Origin: Gemmatimonadales bacterium
Lineage (GTDB): Bacteria > Gemmatimonadota > Gemmatimonadetes > Gemmatimonadales > GWC2-71-9
Direction: 5' to 3'
Length of the DNA: 64,000 nt
NCBI GenBank assembly: GCA_037189525.1
Contig: JBBCJC010000001.1
Location: 416,001 to 480,000, forward strand
The position numbers were made by a program, and so were the translations under genes. Below, one piece after another: positions 45,434-54,105 of the stretch. Below the pieces are notes generated by a model, which worked only from the letters and a program-made list of their open reading frames with translations, made no database searches and was not told where the DNA came from. Positions within the stretch are counted from its first letter, which is position 1. Each line of letters opens with the position of its first letter.

Positions 45434-46327
45434 ATGCTTCGCTCCATCGTGTTCCTGACCACGCTCGCCTGCTCCATGGCAAGCGGACTGACTGCGCAGA
45501 CCGGCCTGCTCGTCGTCGCCCACGGGGCGAACCAGCCGTGGAATGACGGCGTCCGAAAGGTGGTCGAGCAGGTCCGCTGGTCGGGACCGGTCACCACGGC
45601 CTTCCTGATGGGTCCGGAAGCGGGCACGTCGGGCTGGGCGGCAGGTATCGCCAAACTGACCGAGGCCGGCGCCAAGCGGATCGTCATCGTCCCCCTGATG
45701 GTCTCGTCGGCGGGCGCGCACTTCGAACAGGTCCGCTTTTACGCCGGCGAGATTGCCGAGTTGCCGAAGGCGCTGGCTGCGCATGCGGAGGGCGGGCATG
45801 GTGGCCATGGCGGTCACGCCGCCCACCATGGCGCCGGCTCGGTACCCTTGGCGGTCACCCCGGCGCTCGACGACGCGCCGGAACTGGGCCTGGCCATCCA
45901 ATCGATCTGGGCCGAGCTGTCGAGCGCCGATCGGACCCGGCCGCTGGTCTTCGTGGCCCACGGCCCGACCAGCGACGAGGAAGCCGCCGTGTGGATGACC
46001 AATCTGAGCCGAGCGGTGGGACCGGTGGCGGCCGAGGCCGGGGTGCCGTTTGCGATCGAGCTGATTCGGGACGACGCACCTCCTCCGATGCGCGCCGCTG
46101 CCGTCGAGAAAACCCGGCAGACTATTCTCGGCTTTGCCGCCCGGGCGCGCGACTCGGTCACGGTGCTCCCGCTCCTCATCTCGCGGGGCACGATCAACAC
46201 CGTCACGATCCCGAAGGATCTGGCCAACCTGCCCATTTCGTATCATCCGGCGGCCCTCGCCCCCTCGCCCCATCTGGCGCGATGGATCGAGCGGATCGCG
46301 CTTGCCCGGACCGAAACGACCCCTTAG
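45434..46327 (+). CDS. exported CbiX/SirB-family chelatase-like protein
   Basis: Signal peptide; two LVVAHG/VFVAHG half-domains, VPLMVS, His-rich linker HAEGGHGGHGGHAAHH. Confidence 0.8.
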   Translation: MLRSIVFLTTLACSMASGLTAQTGLLVVAHGANQPWNDGVRKVVEQVRWSGPVTTAFLMGPEAGTSGWAAGIAKLTEAGAKRIVIVPLMVSSAGAHFEQVRFYAGEIAELPKALAAHAEGGHGGHGGHAAHHGAGSVPLAVTPALDDAPELGLAIQSIWAELSSADRTRPLVFVAHGPTSDEEAAVWMTNLSRAVGPVAAEAGVPFAIELIRDDAPPPMRAAAVEKTRQTILGFAARARDSVTVLPLLISRGTINTVTIPKDLANLPISYHPAALAPSPHLARWIERIALARTETTP

Positions 46328-46333
46328 CCTTGG

Positions 46334-46365
46334 GGTCGGCTGCCGGCTTCGGCTGGCAGCCGACC
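46334..46365 (+). terminator. stable cUUCGg hairpin after cbiX-like gene
   Basis: 14-bp stem with one G:U, no U-tract. Confidence 0.5.
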
Positions 46366-46369
46366 AACA

Positions 46370-46526
46370 TGGAGACAGGGTCTCCCGGAAGTCCGGTGCA
46401 AAACCGGCGCGGCCCCGCCACTGTAAGAGGAATCTGTTTCCGATGCGAATGATGCCACTGCGGACGCTGGAGTCCGTGGGAAGGCTCGCATCGGATCCTC
46501 GAGCCAGGAGACCGGCCCTCGTCTCG
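46370..46526 (+). ncRNA. cobalamin riboswitch
   Basis: GGAA..CCGGTGCAAAACCGGCGCGGCCCCGCCACTGTAA, GCCACTG..GGGAAGG, and B12 box GAGCCAGGAGACCGGCC upstream of a TonB receptor. Confidence 0.92.
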
Positions 46527-46658
46527 CCCGCACGATTCCCTCGGGGGAGGGAGCGGGGCGTGCCGGGGTTTCGCCAGCCGTAGCCTCACCTGCCCTGCCA
46601 GATTCGCCGGTTTCCGGCGGCGCTTGTCGTGTGGAACTTCCGTGCAGGGATGTTCCTC

Positions 46659-48533
46659 ATGTCGAGGCACTTCGTTCGTTCCATCCTGCTGGCGCTGACC
46701 GCGCCGGCGACTCTCGCTGCGCAACAAACGCGCGACTCCGTCCGTCTCGATGATATCGTGGTCCAGGTGAGCCGTGAGGCGACCTCGGCCCGGATCAGGG
46801 CATCGGCAGCCGACGTCCTCGACAGCGACGAACTCGAGCGCCGCCAGGTACGCCGGCTGTCCGACGCGCTGCGGCTGATTCCAGCTGCCGGTCTGGTCGG
46901 CACGGGCGGCCTCGGCGGAACGACCGCCTCGTTCATGCGCGGCGTCAACTCCAACCAGACCCTGCTGCTGATCGACGGCATCCGGGTCAACGATGCCAAC
47001 GCCGATCCGTCCTCCTTCCTCGGCGGCTTCGAGTTCTCACTCGGCGATCGCCTCGAAGTGGCGCGCGGTCCGCAGAGCACGTCCTTCGGTGGCGGTGCCA
47101 TCGGCGGCGTCATTGCCGTAGCCGGCCGGGTTCCGGTCGAGGCGAGCCGGCTCGGCCTCGAAGCCGAAGCCGGCGCGTTCAATACCTTCCGCGGGCGAGC
47201 CTACGGCGCGGTGCGCACCAGCAAGCTCGGCATCATCGGATCGATCACGGCAACCGAGGCCGACAACCAGCGCCCGTTCAACCAGTACGATCAACGCACC
47301 GAGCACGTCCGGGTCGAATACTACGCCTCGCCCTCGTTGACGGTGGGCGGCTCGCTGCGCGGCTTGCAGCAATCGTACACCAGCCCCGGCGACATCCGGA
47401 CCACCAATACCACGCCGGTCGGCTATTCGGATTTCGACCACACCTTGGGAACCATCTTTGTCGACGGGCGCCCCGGCTCGATCTGGTCGACCCGCTTCAC
47501 GTTCGGCGGCCAGGGCTACTTCATCCGGAGCCGGAGCCGGTTCAACGACGGTCCGGAATCCGTTACCACACTCAAAGTCGATCGGTGGACGGCCGACTGG
47601 CAGCATCGTTTTGCCGTGGCGCGCGAACTGACCCTGATTGCCGGTGCGGTGGCCGAGTGGACCGACGTGGCGGACAACGGCAGTCGGCTGGATGAAGAAC
47701 AGAAGGCGGGCTACGCGGAGGTCCTGGTCACCCCGACCGACAATCTGACCATTTCCGGTGGGGTCCGGCACGACGACTACACCACCTTCGGCGCCAAGAC
47801 GACCGGCCGGGTCGCGGCGGGACTCTACTTGCCGGCAGCACAGACCAAGCTCCGCGCAACCTACGGCACCGGCTTTCTGCCTCCGCAACTGGTGGCGCGC
47901 TTCGGCGGCGCGTTCTATCGCGCAAATCCCGACATCCTGCCGGAAAAATCGAAGGGCTTCGACGTCGGCGTCGATCAGTTCCTGGCCGCCGGGCGGGCGA
48001 TGCTGAGCCTGACCTACTTCAAGAACGACCTGACCGACCTGCTGGCGTACGAGGCAGGCGGACCGCCCGACTGGGTAGGCCGGATGGTCAACCTGAACAA
48101 AGCGGAAACGTCCGGCCTCGAATTCGGCGGGCGGGCAACGGTGGGCCAGGTGGACGTCCGCGCGAGTTACACCATGCTCACGGCCGAGAATATGTCCGAT
48201 GGCACGGTCGAGGCCGAGCGGCGGCTGATTCGGCGACCCAAGCATGCGATCGGCTTCGACCTGGCGTGGTCGCCGGGTGCGCTCACGGTCGGTGCCGGCG
48301 CTTCCGGCGCATTGGATCGGGAGGACACGGACTTCAATGCGTTCCCGTCGGTGCGGGTCGATCCGGGCAACTACCTGAACGGCCGGATCTACGCCGAGTG
48401 GCGCGCAACCTCGGGCATCGCGGTACGGGGCCGGGTCGAAAACGTATTTGACAAGCGGTACGAAGAAGCCTTTGGTTTCCCGACGTTGGGGAGGCGAGCC
48501 ACTATCGGCATCTCCCTCGATCGGAGCCGATGA
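46659..48533 (+). CDS. btuB: TonB-dependent cobalamin receptor (BtuB-like)
   Basis: Signal peptide, plug MRG.NSNQTLLLIDG, RGPQS..FG..AIGGVI, LIRRPK, ENVFDK.YE; directly under the riboswitch. Confidence 0.85.
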   Translation: MSRHFVRSILLALTAPATLAAQQTRDSVRLDDIVVQVSREATSARIRASAADVLDSDELERRQVRRLSDALRLIPAAGLVGTGGLGGTTASFMRGVNSNQTLLLIDGIRVNDANADPSSFLGGFEFSLGDRLEVARGPQSTSFGGGAIGGVIAVAGRVPVEASRLGLEAEAGAFNTFRGRAYGAVRTSKLGIIGSITATEADNQRPFNQYDQRTEHVRVEYYASPSLTVGGSLRGLQQSYTSPGDIRTTNTTPVGYSDFDHTLGTIFVDGRPGSIWSTRFTFGGQGYFIRSRSRFNDGPESVTTLKVDRWTADWQHRFAVARELTLIAGAVAEWTDVADNGSRLDEEQKAGYAEVLVTPTDNLTISGGVRHDDYTTFGAKTTGRVAAGLYLPAAQTKLRATYGTGFLPPQLVARFGGAFYRANPDILPEKSKGFDVGVDQFLAAGRAMLSLTYFKNDLTDLLAYEAGGPPDWVGRMVNLNKAETSGLEFGGRATVGQVDVRASYTMLTAENMSDGTVEAERRLIRRPKHAIGFDLAWSPGALTVGAGASGALDREDTDFNAFPSVRVDPGNYLNGRIYAEWRATSGIAVRGRVENVFDKRYEEAFGFPTLGRRATIGISLDRSR

Positions 48534-49201
48534 GTATTGCGCTGTCCTGGAGCAGCGGAAAAGACGCGGCGTGGGCCCTGCACCTGTTGCGGCAGCAGGG
48601 CCACGACGTTTCGATGCTGATTACCACGGTCACCCGGGATTTCGACCGGGTGGCAATCCACGGGGTGCGCCGGAGCGTGCTGCGACAGCAGGCGGCCCGG
48701 GTCGATCTGCCCCTCCTCGAGATAGAACTTCCCTGGCCCTGTTCCAACGAGCTCTACGAATTCGCGATGGGCGCGGCTCTGGCTCGCCTCAAGGAGCGTG
48801 AGGACATTTCGGCGGTCGCATTCGGCGACCTCTTCCTGGCCGACGTGCGCGCCTACCGTGAGCGCCTGCTGGCGCCGCATGGGCTGGAGCCCCTCTTTCC
48901 CCTCTGGGGCATGCGTACCGATCTGCTGATGCGGAACATGATTCGGGCCGGCGTGGTGGCCCACGTCGCGTCGCTCGACCCGGCCAAGGTGCCGAGCCGG
49001 TTTGCCGGCTGGGCCATCGACCGCGCCTTTCTCGACGCGCTGCCGCCCGAGGTCGACCCCTGCGGAGAGTACGGCGAGTTTCACACCGTCGTTTCGGACG
49101 GGCCGATGTTTGCGAGTCCGGTGCCGCTGATTCCCGGAGAAATCGTCGAGCGGGACGGATTCGTCTATGCCGACTTCCAGACGACGGCACTACCGGAATG
49201 A
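48530..49201 (+). CDS. DUF71/Dph6-family PP-loop ATPase
   Basis: SWSSGKD, FGDLFL, PLWG, DPCGEYGEFHT.V. Confidence 0.9.
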   Translation: MSIALSWSSGKDAAWALHLLRQQGHDVSMLITTVTRDFDRVAIHGVRRSVLRQQAARVDLPLLEIELPWPCSNELYEFAMGAALARLKEREDISAVAFGDLFLADVRAYRERLLAPHGLEPLFPLWGMRTDLLMRNMIRAGVVAHVASLDPAKVPSRFAGWAIDRAFLDALPPEVDPCGEYGEFHTVVSDGPMFASPVPLIPGEIVERDGFVYADFQTTALPE

Positions 49202-49377
49202 GCGGGCGCATCCCGTCGCCCTGCCGTCAGATCTGCGTTCTGGGCGACGACAACCACTGCGATGGCTGCGGACGATCGCTCGATGAGGTCCGACGCTGGC
49301 TCACCATGTCACCGGCTGAGCGGCTGGCCGTCATGGCCCGCGTCGCCGACTGGACACCCCGCACGCCAGCTCCATAA
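49198..49377 (+). CDS. DUF1289 small Cys-rich protein (59 aa)
   Basis: Below the ORF-track cutoff; MSGRIPSPCRQICVLGDDNHCDGCGRSLDEVRRW...; ATGA overlap with the upstream stop. Confidence 0.85.
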   Translation: MSGRIPSPCRQICVLGDDNHCDGCGRSLDEVRRWLTMSPAERLAVMARVADWTPRTPAP

Positions 49378-49421
49378 ATCTGGCAGGCAGCGGCAGAGCG
49401 CCCAGCCGGTTCCCTCCCCGG

Positions 49422-50504
49422 TCAGTTCACAATCAACGCCGTCACCATCCCGAACATGCCGTGCGCCGATTCGGCGTGGCTCAGCACGTGGCAGTGGAAT
49501 GCCCAGGTACCGGGATTGGTCGCCTGTACCAGGACGTCCCACCGCTCGCCGGGGGCGACGTTGAGGGTATCGCACTTCCACGGCATGGGCTGCTCCCAAC
49601 CGTCCTTGGCGATGACCGTCATGTGCATGCCGTGCAGATGCATCGGATGGATCATGAGCCCTTCGTTCATGAACCTGATCCGGAGCGTCTGTCCCCGCTT
49701 CACGACGATCGGCTCGGTCGCCGGAAACCCTTTGCCGTTGCAGGTGTACCCATGCACCGTGTCGTTCAGGATCATGACGTAGTCGACATCCACCTTCGGC
49801 TCGCGCGACCGGTCCTTGGGCTCCACGATGAACGCGCCCAGAAGTCCCATCGAGACCTGCTTGGCCGCGTTGTGGTGCGAGTGGTACATGTGCGACCCTG
49901 AATTGGGCACCGTGAATTCGTAGGTGAATGTTTCACCCGGCTTGATCGGCGGCTGGGTGATGAACGGCACGCCGTCCTGGTCGTTCGGGATCTCGAGACC
50001 GTGAAAATGCACGGCGGTCGATTCGGGCAGCTCGTTCCGTACCACGACCCGAACGCGGTCCCCTTCGCGGACTCGAATCTGCGGCCCCGGAACCTGTCCG
50101 TTGTAGGCCCACGCCTTGAGCCGGCGACCGGGCTCGACTTCCCAATCGATCTCGCGGCATTCGAGTTCGTAGACCTTGACGCCGCGGACCACCTTCGGCT
50201 CCATCACGACGTTGCCCTTGCCCTCGGTCTTGGCGGGAAACGCCTTGACGCCTGCCTCGTGATCGGCGTCCATCTTGTCGGCCCGTTCCCGCGCCGAGAG
50301 CGGCGCCGGCGCCGGCGCTGCGGCCTGGTGGCCGGCCTGATGCGAATCGCTGGCCGGTTGCTGCGCGGCGGCGTTGGTATCGGAAGCGCCGGCGCAGGCA
50401 GCCAGCGCGCTCCCCAGAACCGGCACTCCGAGCGCCGCGACCGCGCCCCGCTGGAGAAAGGTCCGGCGGTCGGTCGATTTATGCGATATCAGATGTTCCG
50501 ACAT
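49422..50504 (-). CDS. Tat-lipoprotein two-domain multicopper oxidase
   Basis: RRTFLQ..LAAC; HFHG, YHSH, HPMHLHG, HCHVLSH....GM. Confidence 0.92.
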   Translation of the reverse strand: MSEHLISHKSTDRRTFLQRGAVAALGVPVLGSALAACAGASDTNAAAQQPASDSHQAGHQAAAPAPAPLSARERADKMDADHEAGVKAFPAKTEGKGNVVMEPKVVRGVKVYELECREIDWEVEPGRRLKAWAYNGQVPGPQIRVREGDRVRVVVRNELPESTAVHFHGLEIPNDQDGVPFITQPPIKPGETFTYEFTVPNSGSHMYHSHHNAAKQVSMGLLGAFIVEPKDRSREPKVDVDYVMILNDTVHGYTCNGKGFPATEPIVVKRGQTLRIRFMNEGLMIHPMHLHGMHMTVIAKDGWEQPMPWKCDTLNVAPGERWDVLVQATNPGTWAFHCHVLSHAESAHGMFGMVTALIVN

Positions 50505-50632
50505 GATCGTCCTCGTTGAGATCGAAAGCCGTGACCGGCGCCGTTCGGCGTCCGGGCGGCTTCACGACCTCAAAATCGCGGGAGGCGATTGAAGACTCTC
50601 GGGATCGCAAATGAAGATTTCTTTAGGATGGG

Positions 50633-52825
50633 TCAGCGTGGCACATTCCACTGCAACGCGAACCAGACCCGGCGTCCCTGGATCGGACCGTAGACGTAGC
50701 TGGTGTCGAAATCCGGCCCGAAGGGGTCTTCGGGACCGACGAGCGGGCTCTGCTGGCGGTAGTTGAACAGATTGCGGACGCCCGCAAGCAGAAACGAGTT
50801 GTTCCCGATGGCCCGGGTGATCTGCACGTTGTGATCCGAAAACCACGGCGAGCGATCGGGACGGTCCGGAAAGCTGGGCAGCGCCATCGGGCCGACCAGG
50901 CGCGCCGTCCAGTCCATCGTCAGCCGAGCCGACGCGATTTCGCCGGAGACGGTCGCTTCGCCCTTGAAGGTGGGAGCAAAGAGCAGGTCACTCCGGCTTC
51001 CCGCCTCTTCCTCGAATGCGTCCATCGCGGTGCCACCGAGCTTGAACGACAGCGGGAACGCCTCACCCGGCGCAAAAGTGACGGCGGCAGAAATCCCGCG
51101 AGTCACCGCCCGCCCGCGCAGGTTGCTGTAGACGATGAGGTTCGGATCGACCTCGTAGTCGGGCAGGATCTTGTTGCTGAACCGGGTGTAGAACGCGTCC
51201 AGGTCGAAGGTGAGCGCGTAGTCGCCGACGGCGGCGGTGTGGTTTGCGCTGACGGTGCCGGTGACGCTCCGTTCCGGCTCCAGCGTCTCGGCGATGACGA
51301 CCGTCCGCGCGCCGGTGAGCGCCGCGTGGTCTTCGGTGAAGAGATTCACGACCCGGAAGCCGGTGGCCAGGTTGGCCCGGAACGCCGACGCCGGCCCGAG
51401 GTCGAGCTTCAGGTTGGCGCGAGGAGACAGAATCAGACCGTGCGCGCCGTGCCGGTCGGCGCGGAGACCGCCCAGCAATGTGACGGGACCGGTCCGACGC
51501 TCCAGCTGCGCAAAGACACCGGGTACGACGCGAACATCGGGGTCGAGCGTTGCCGGGGTCTGGTCGTCGTAGCGGAGGTAGCGGGCGCCCGCCCCGGCCA
51601 CCAGATTGCCATGCTCGCCAAGCGGACGCGTCAGTTGCAGCTGCCCGAAACCGGTGAGTTGCGACGCGACATAGGGCGTATCGCCATAGAAGCTGTCCTG
51701 ATCGTGCCAACTAGCCGACCAGTCGAAGCGGAGCCCTTCGCCCAGGAGCGCCGGGTGGAGCGCGCCGACCAGTTCGGCCCGCTTGGTATCGATCTGCTCG
51801 CCGTAGACGGTGTTGCTGCCGCGGTCCGCACCGCGCCAGCCGAGCTGGCCGCCGAACCGGTCCTCGTAGTAGACCTTGGCCGTCAGGTCGGCACGTCGCC
51901 GGCTGGCCGGACCAAACGACCACTTGTTGAAGAGAGCCACCCGCGTCATCAGCGGGATGTCGGTGAAGTTGTCGCCATTCCGGTCGAAGCGATATCCGTT
52001 GTGCGCCACACTCCCGCTCAGCAAGGTGCGGACATCGCCCCAGTGTGATGAGACCGCGAAGTCGCTGCTCAGTTCACGGTCGCTGGTGGCCGTGAGCGTG
52101 ATACTCGACCGCGGAGCAAAGCGGGGATCCTTGGTGATGATGTTGATCACCCCGCCCATGGCCTCGCTGCCGTAGAGGGTCGAGGCCGGCCCCCGGATGA
52201 TCTCGACCTGTTCGACCAACGCCGGATGGATACCGTTGAGGCCATACACGGTGGCGAGGGAACTCATGATCGGCGCGCCGTCGATCAGCACCGCGGTGTA
52301 CGGCCCCTCCATCCCGTTGATCCGGATATTGTTGGTATAGCAGACGCCGCAGTCGATCTGCTGCGACACGCCGGTCAGCGTCTGGATCGACTCCATGATG
52401 TTGTTGGTCAGGTTTCGCTGCAGAAAACGTGCGGATACGACCTCGACCTTGACGGGCGACTCCGAAAGGCGCGTCTCTCGCATTGTCCCGGTCACCACGA
52501 CGGGGTCGAGTTCCCGCGCGGACTCCTCCAGCTCGACGACGATAGAGCCGAGCCCGGGCGCGACGTCGATGGAACGGATCACTGCTTTATATCCGAGGGC
52601 GGCCACCCGCAACGTGGCGGGACCGTCCGATATACCTGTCAAGCGAAACTGCCCGGTTGGTCCGGTGAGGACACGAGCACTGCCGAGCGACACCGCGGCG
52701 CCTTCGACTGGAGTACCCTTAGTTTGTACCACGCCTTCGACGGCCGATTGCGCCGCCAGCGGAGCCGCCACTACCATGAACCCAACCACCTTCGCCCACC
52801 ACATCCCGCTCACATCCTTCCTCAT
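50633..52825 (-). CDS. TonB-dependent receptor with carboxypeptidase-like N-domain and CGVC plug motif
   Basis: VVVTGT, DCGVCYT..IRINGMEG, IIRGPASTLYGSEAMGGVINIITK, NLFN; alternative start 52804. Confidence 0.92.
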   Translation of the reverse strand: MRKDVSGMWWAKVVGFMVVAAPLAAQSAVEGVVQTKGTPVEGAAVSLGSARVLTGPTGQFRLTGISDGPATLRVAALGYKAVIRSIDVAPGLGSIVVELEESARELDPVVVTGTMRETRLSESPVKVEVVSARFLQRNLTNNIMESIQTLTGVSQQIDCGVCYTNNIRINGMEGPYTAVLIDGAPIMSSLATVYGLNGIHPALVEQVEIIRGPASTLYGSEAMGGVINIITKDPRFAPRSSITLTATSDRELSSDFAVSSHWGDVRTLLSGSVAHNGYRFDRNGDNFTDIPLMTRVALFNKWSFGPASRRRADLTAKVYYEDRFGGQLGWRGADRGSNTVYGEQIDTKRAELVGALHPALLGEGLRFDWSASWHDQDSFYGDTPYVASQLTGFGQLQLTRPLGEHGNLVAGAGARYLRYDDQTPATLDPDVRVVPGVFAQLERRTGPVTLLGGLRADRHGAHGLILSPRANLKLDLGPASAFRANLATGFRVVNLFTEDHAALTGARTVVIAETLEPERSVTGTVSANHTAAVGDYALTFDLDAFYTRFSNKILPDYEVDPNLIVYSNLRGRAVTRGISAAVTFAPGEAFPLSFKLGGTAMDAFEEEAGSRSDLLFAPTFKGEATVSGEIASARLTMDWTARLVGPMALPSFPDRPDRSPWFSDHNVQITRAIGNNSFLLAGVRNLFNYRQQSPLVGPEDPFGPDFDTSYVYGPIQGRRVWFALQWNVPR

Positions 52826-52834
52826 CTTATCGGG

Positions 52835-53407
52835 TCACTCTCGCCCTGCCACTTCACGAACGAACTCCACGATCTCGGGTCGCCCCCAATCGGCCAGTCC
52901 CTGGTGGCGGAGCACGATCCGCCCATCCCGGTCGATCACAAGTGTGGTCGGCAACACCAGCACACCTAACGACTTCGGCATCGGACTCCATTCCAGATAG
53001 ACCGGGAGATCGATCCGCCGTTTCGCCACGAATCCACGCACCCGCTCCGCTGACTCGGCCGAGACTGCCGCGACAACCGCATCGGTGCCGCTGAGCGAAT
53101 CCCGCAATGCCATGAGAGACGGCAACTCCGTGATACAGACTCGGCACCAGGTGGCCCAAAGGTTGAGCACGACGACCTTGCCCCGCCACGCGCCCAGCGA
53201 GGTAGTGTCGCCCCGCAGGCTCACGAGCTGCCAGCGGTAGTCATCCGCACCGAGCGCTTTCACTCGTCCGGTCTGCGCTTCCCCGCTTCCCGCGATGAGA
53301 AGGATCGCCGCTGCTGCACCTGCCGCCCCGCGTCCCCATCGCCGCACTGCCTTCCGGCTCGGCTTCGGAACAAGCGGTCGCGCGAGGCATCCGGTCGGCG
53401 GCAGCAT
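52835..53407 (-). CDS. TlpA-family thiol-disulfide reductase
   Basis: GKVVVLNLWATWCRVC..ELP, LPTT.VIDRDG; start uncertain. Confidence 0.88.
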   Translation of the reverse strand: MLPPTGCLARPLVPKPSRKAVRRWGRGAAGAAAAILLIAGSGEAQTGRVKALGADDYRWQLVSLRGDTTSLGAWRGKVVVLNLWATWCRVCITELPSLMALRDSLSGTDAVVAAVSAESAERVRGFVAKRRIDLPVYLEWSPMPKSLGVLVLPTTLVIDRDGRIVLRHQGLADWGRPEIVEFVREVAGRE

Positions 53408-53417
53408 TCGCAATCCG

Positions 53418-54092
53418 TCAGCGGGAGCAGAGGATGATCGCCGCCAGTTCCCGGCCGACCATCCGGTCTTCGCCGGCCACCCGAACCGTGACCGGCCCGC
53501 CATACGGATACCGGTCGACCACGGCGACTTCCGTCCCGGGCACGAGCCCCTCGACCGCCAGAAAGCGAAGGCGATCCTCGTCGCGGCTGTCCACCCGGGC
53601 AATCGTGACGGTTTCACCCGGCTCCACGTCGGAAAGCGGCACATGGATGAAGTCGGCGATGTTGCCATCGGCGTCGGGAATCGGATCGCCGTGGGGATCG
53701 ACCCGCGGATTGCCCAGCGCATGCGCCATCCGCTCGATCAGTTCGTCGCTCACCGCATGCTCCAACCGCTCGGCCTCTTCGTGCACATTGTCCCAGGTGT
53801 AGCCCAGGAAGGCGACCAGGTACGCCTCGATCAGCCGGTGCCTGCGCAGCATCCGAAGCGCCAGGAGCTTGCCCTCGTGGGTGAGTCGAGTGCCCCGGTA
53901 TGGTGAATGCTCGACCAACCCTTGCCCCGAGAGCCGCTTGATCATGCCGCTCACCGACGCCGGCGTCAGGTTGAGATGCGTGGCGATGTCGTTGGTTGCC
54001 GCCGCCGCATCGGGCGAGGACAGGCTATAGATGGCCTTGAGGTAATCCTCGATCGACCGGGTCAGCGGCTCACGGGCATCGGCAGCAGTCAT
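53418..54092 (-). CDS. DtxR/MntR/IdeR-family metal-dependent repressor with C-terminal FeoA-like domain
   Basis: EDYLKAIY, ASVSGMIKRL, RRHRLIE, HEEAERLEH, DPHGDPIP. Confidence 0.94.
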   Translation of the reverse strand: MTAADAREPLTRSIEDYLKAIYSLSSPDAAAATNDIATHLNLTPASVSGMIKRLSGQGLVEHSPYRGTRLTHEGKLLALRMLRRHRLIEAYLVAFLGYTWDNVHEEAERLEHAVSDELIERMAHALGNPRVDPHGDPIPDADGNIADFIHVPLSDVEPGETVTIARVDSRDEDRLRFLAVEGLVPGTEVAVVDRYPYGGPVTVRVAGEDRMVGRELAAIILCSR

Positions 54093-54105
54093 GGCGACGT
54101 CCTCC

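Noticed and set aside
50505..50632. yybP-ykoY manganese riboswitch
   Set aside because: The conserved GGGGAGUA and CGUC/GAGACC-type segments were not found.
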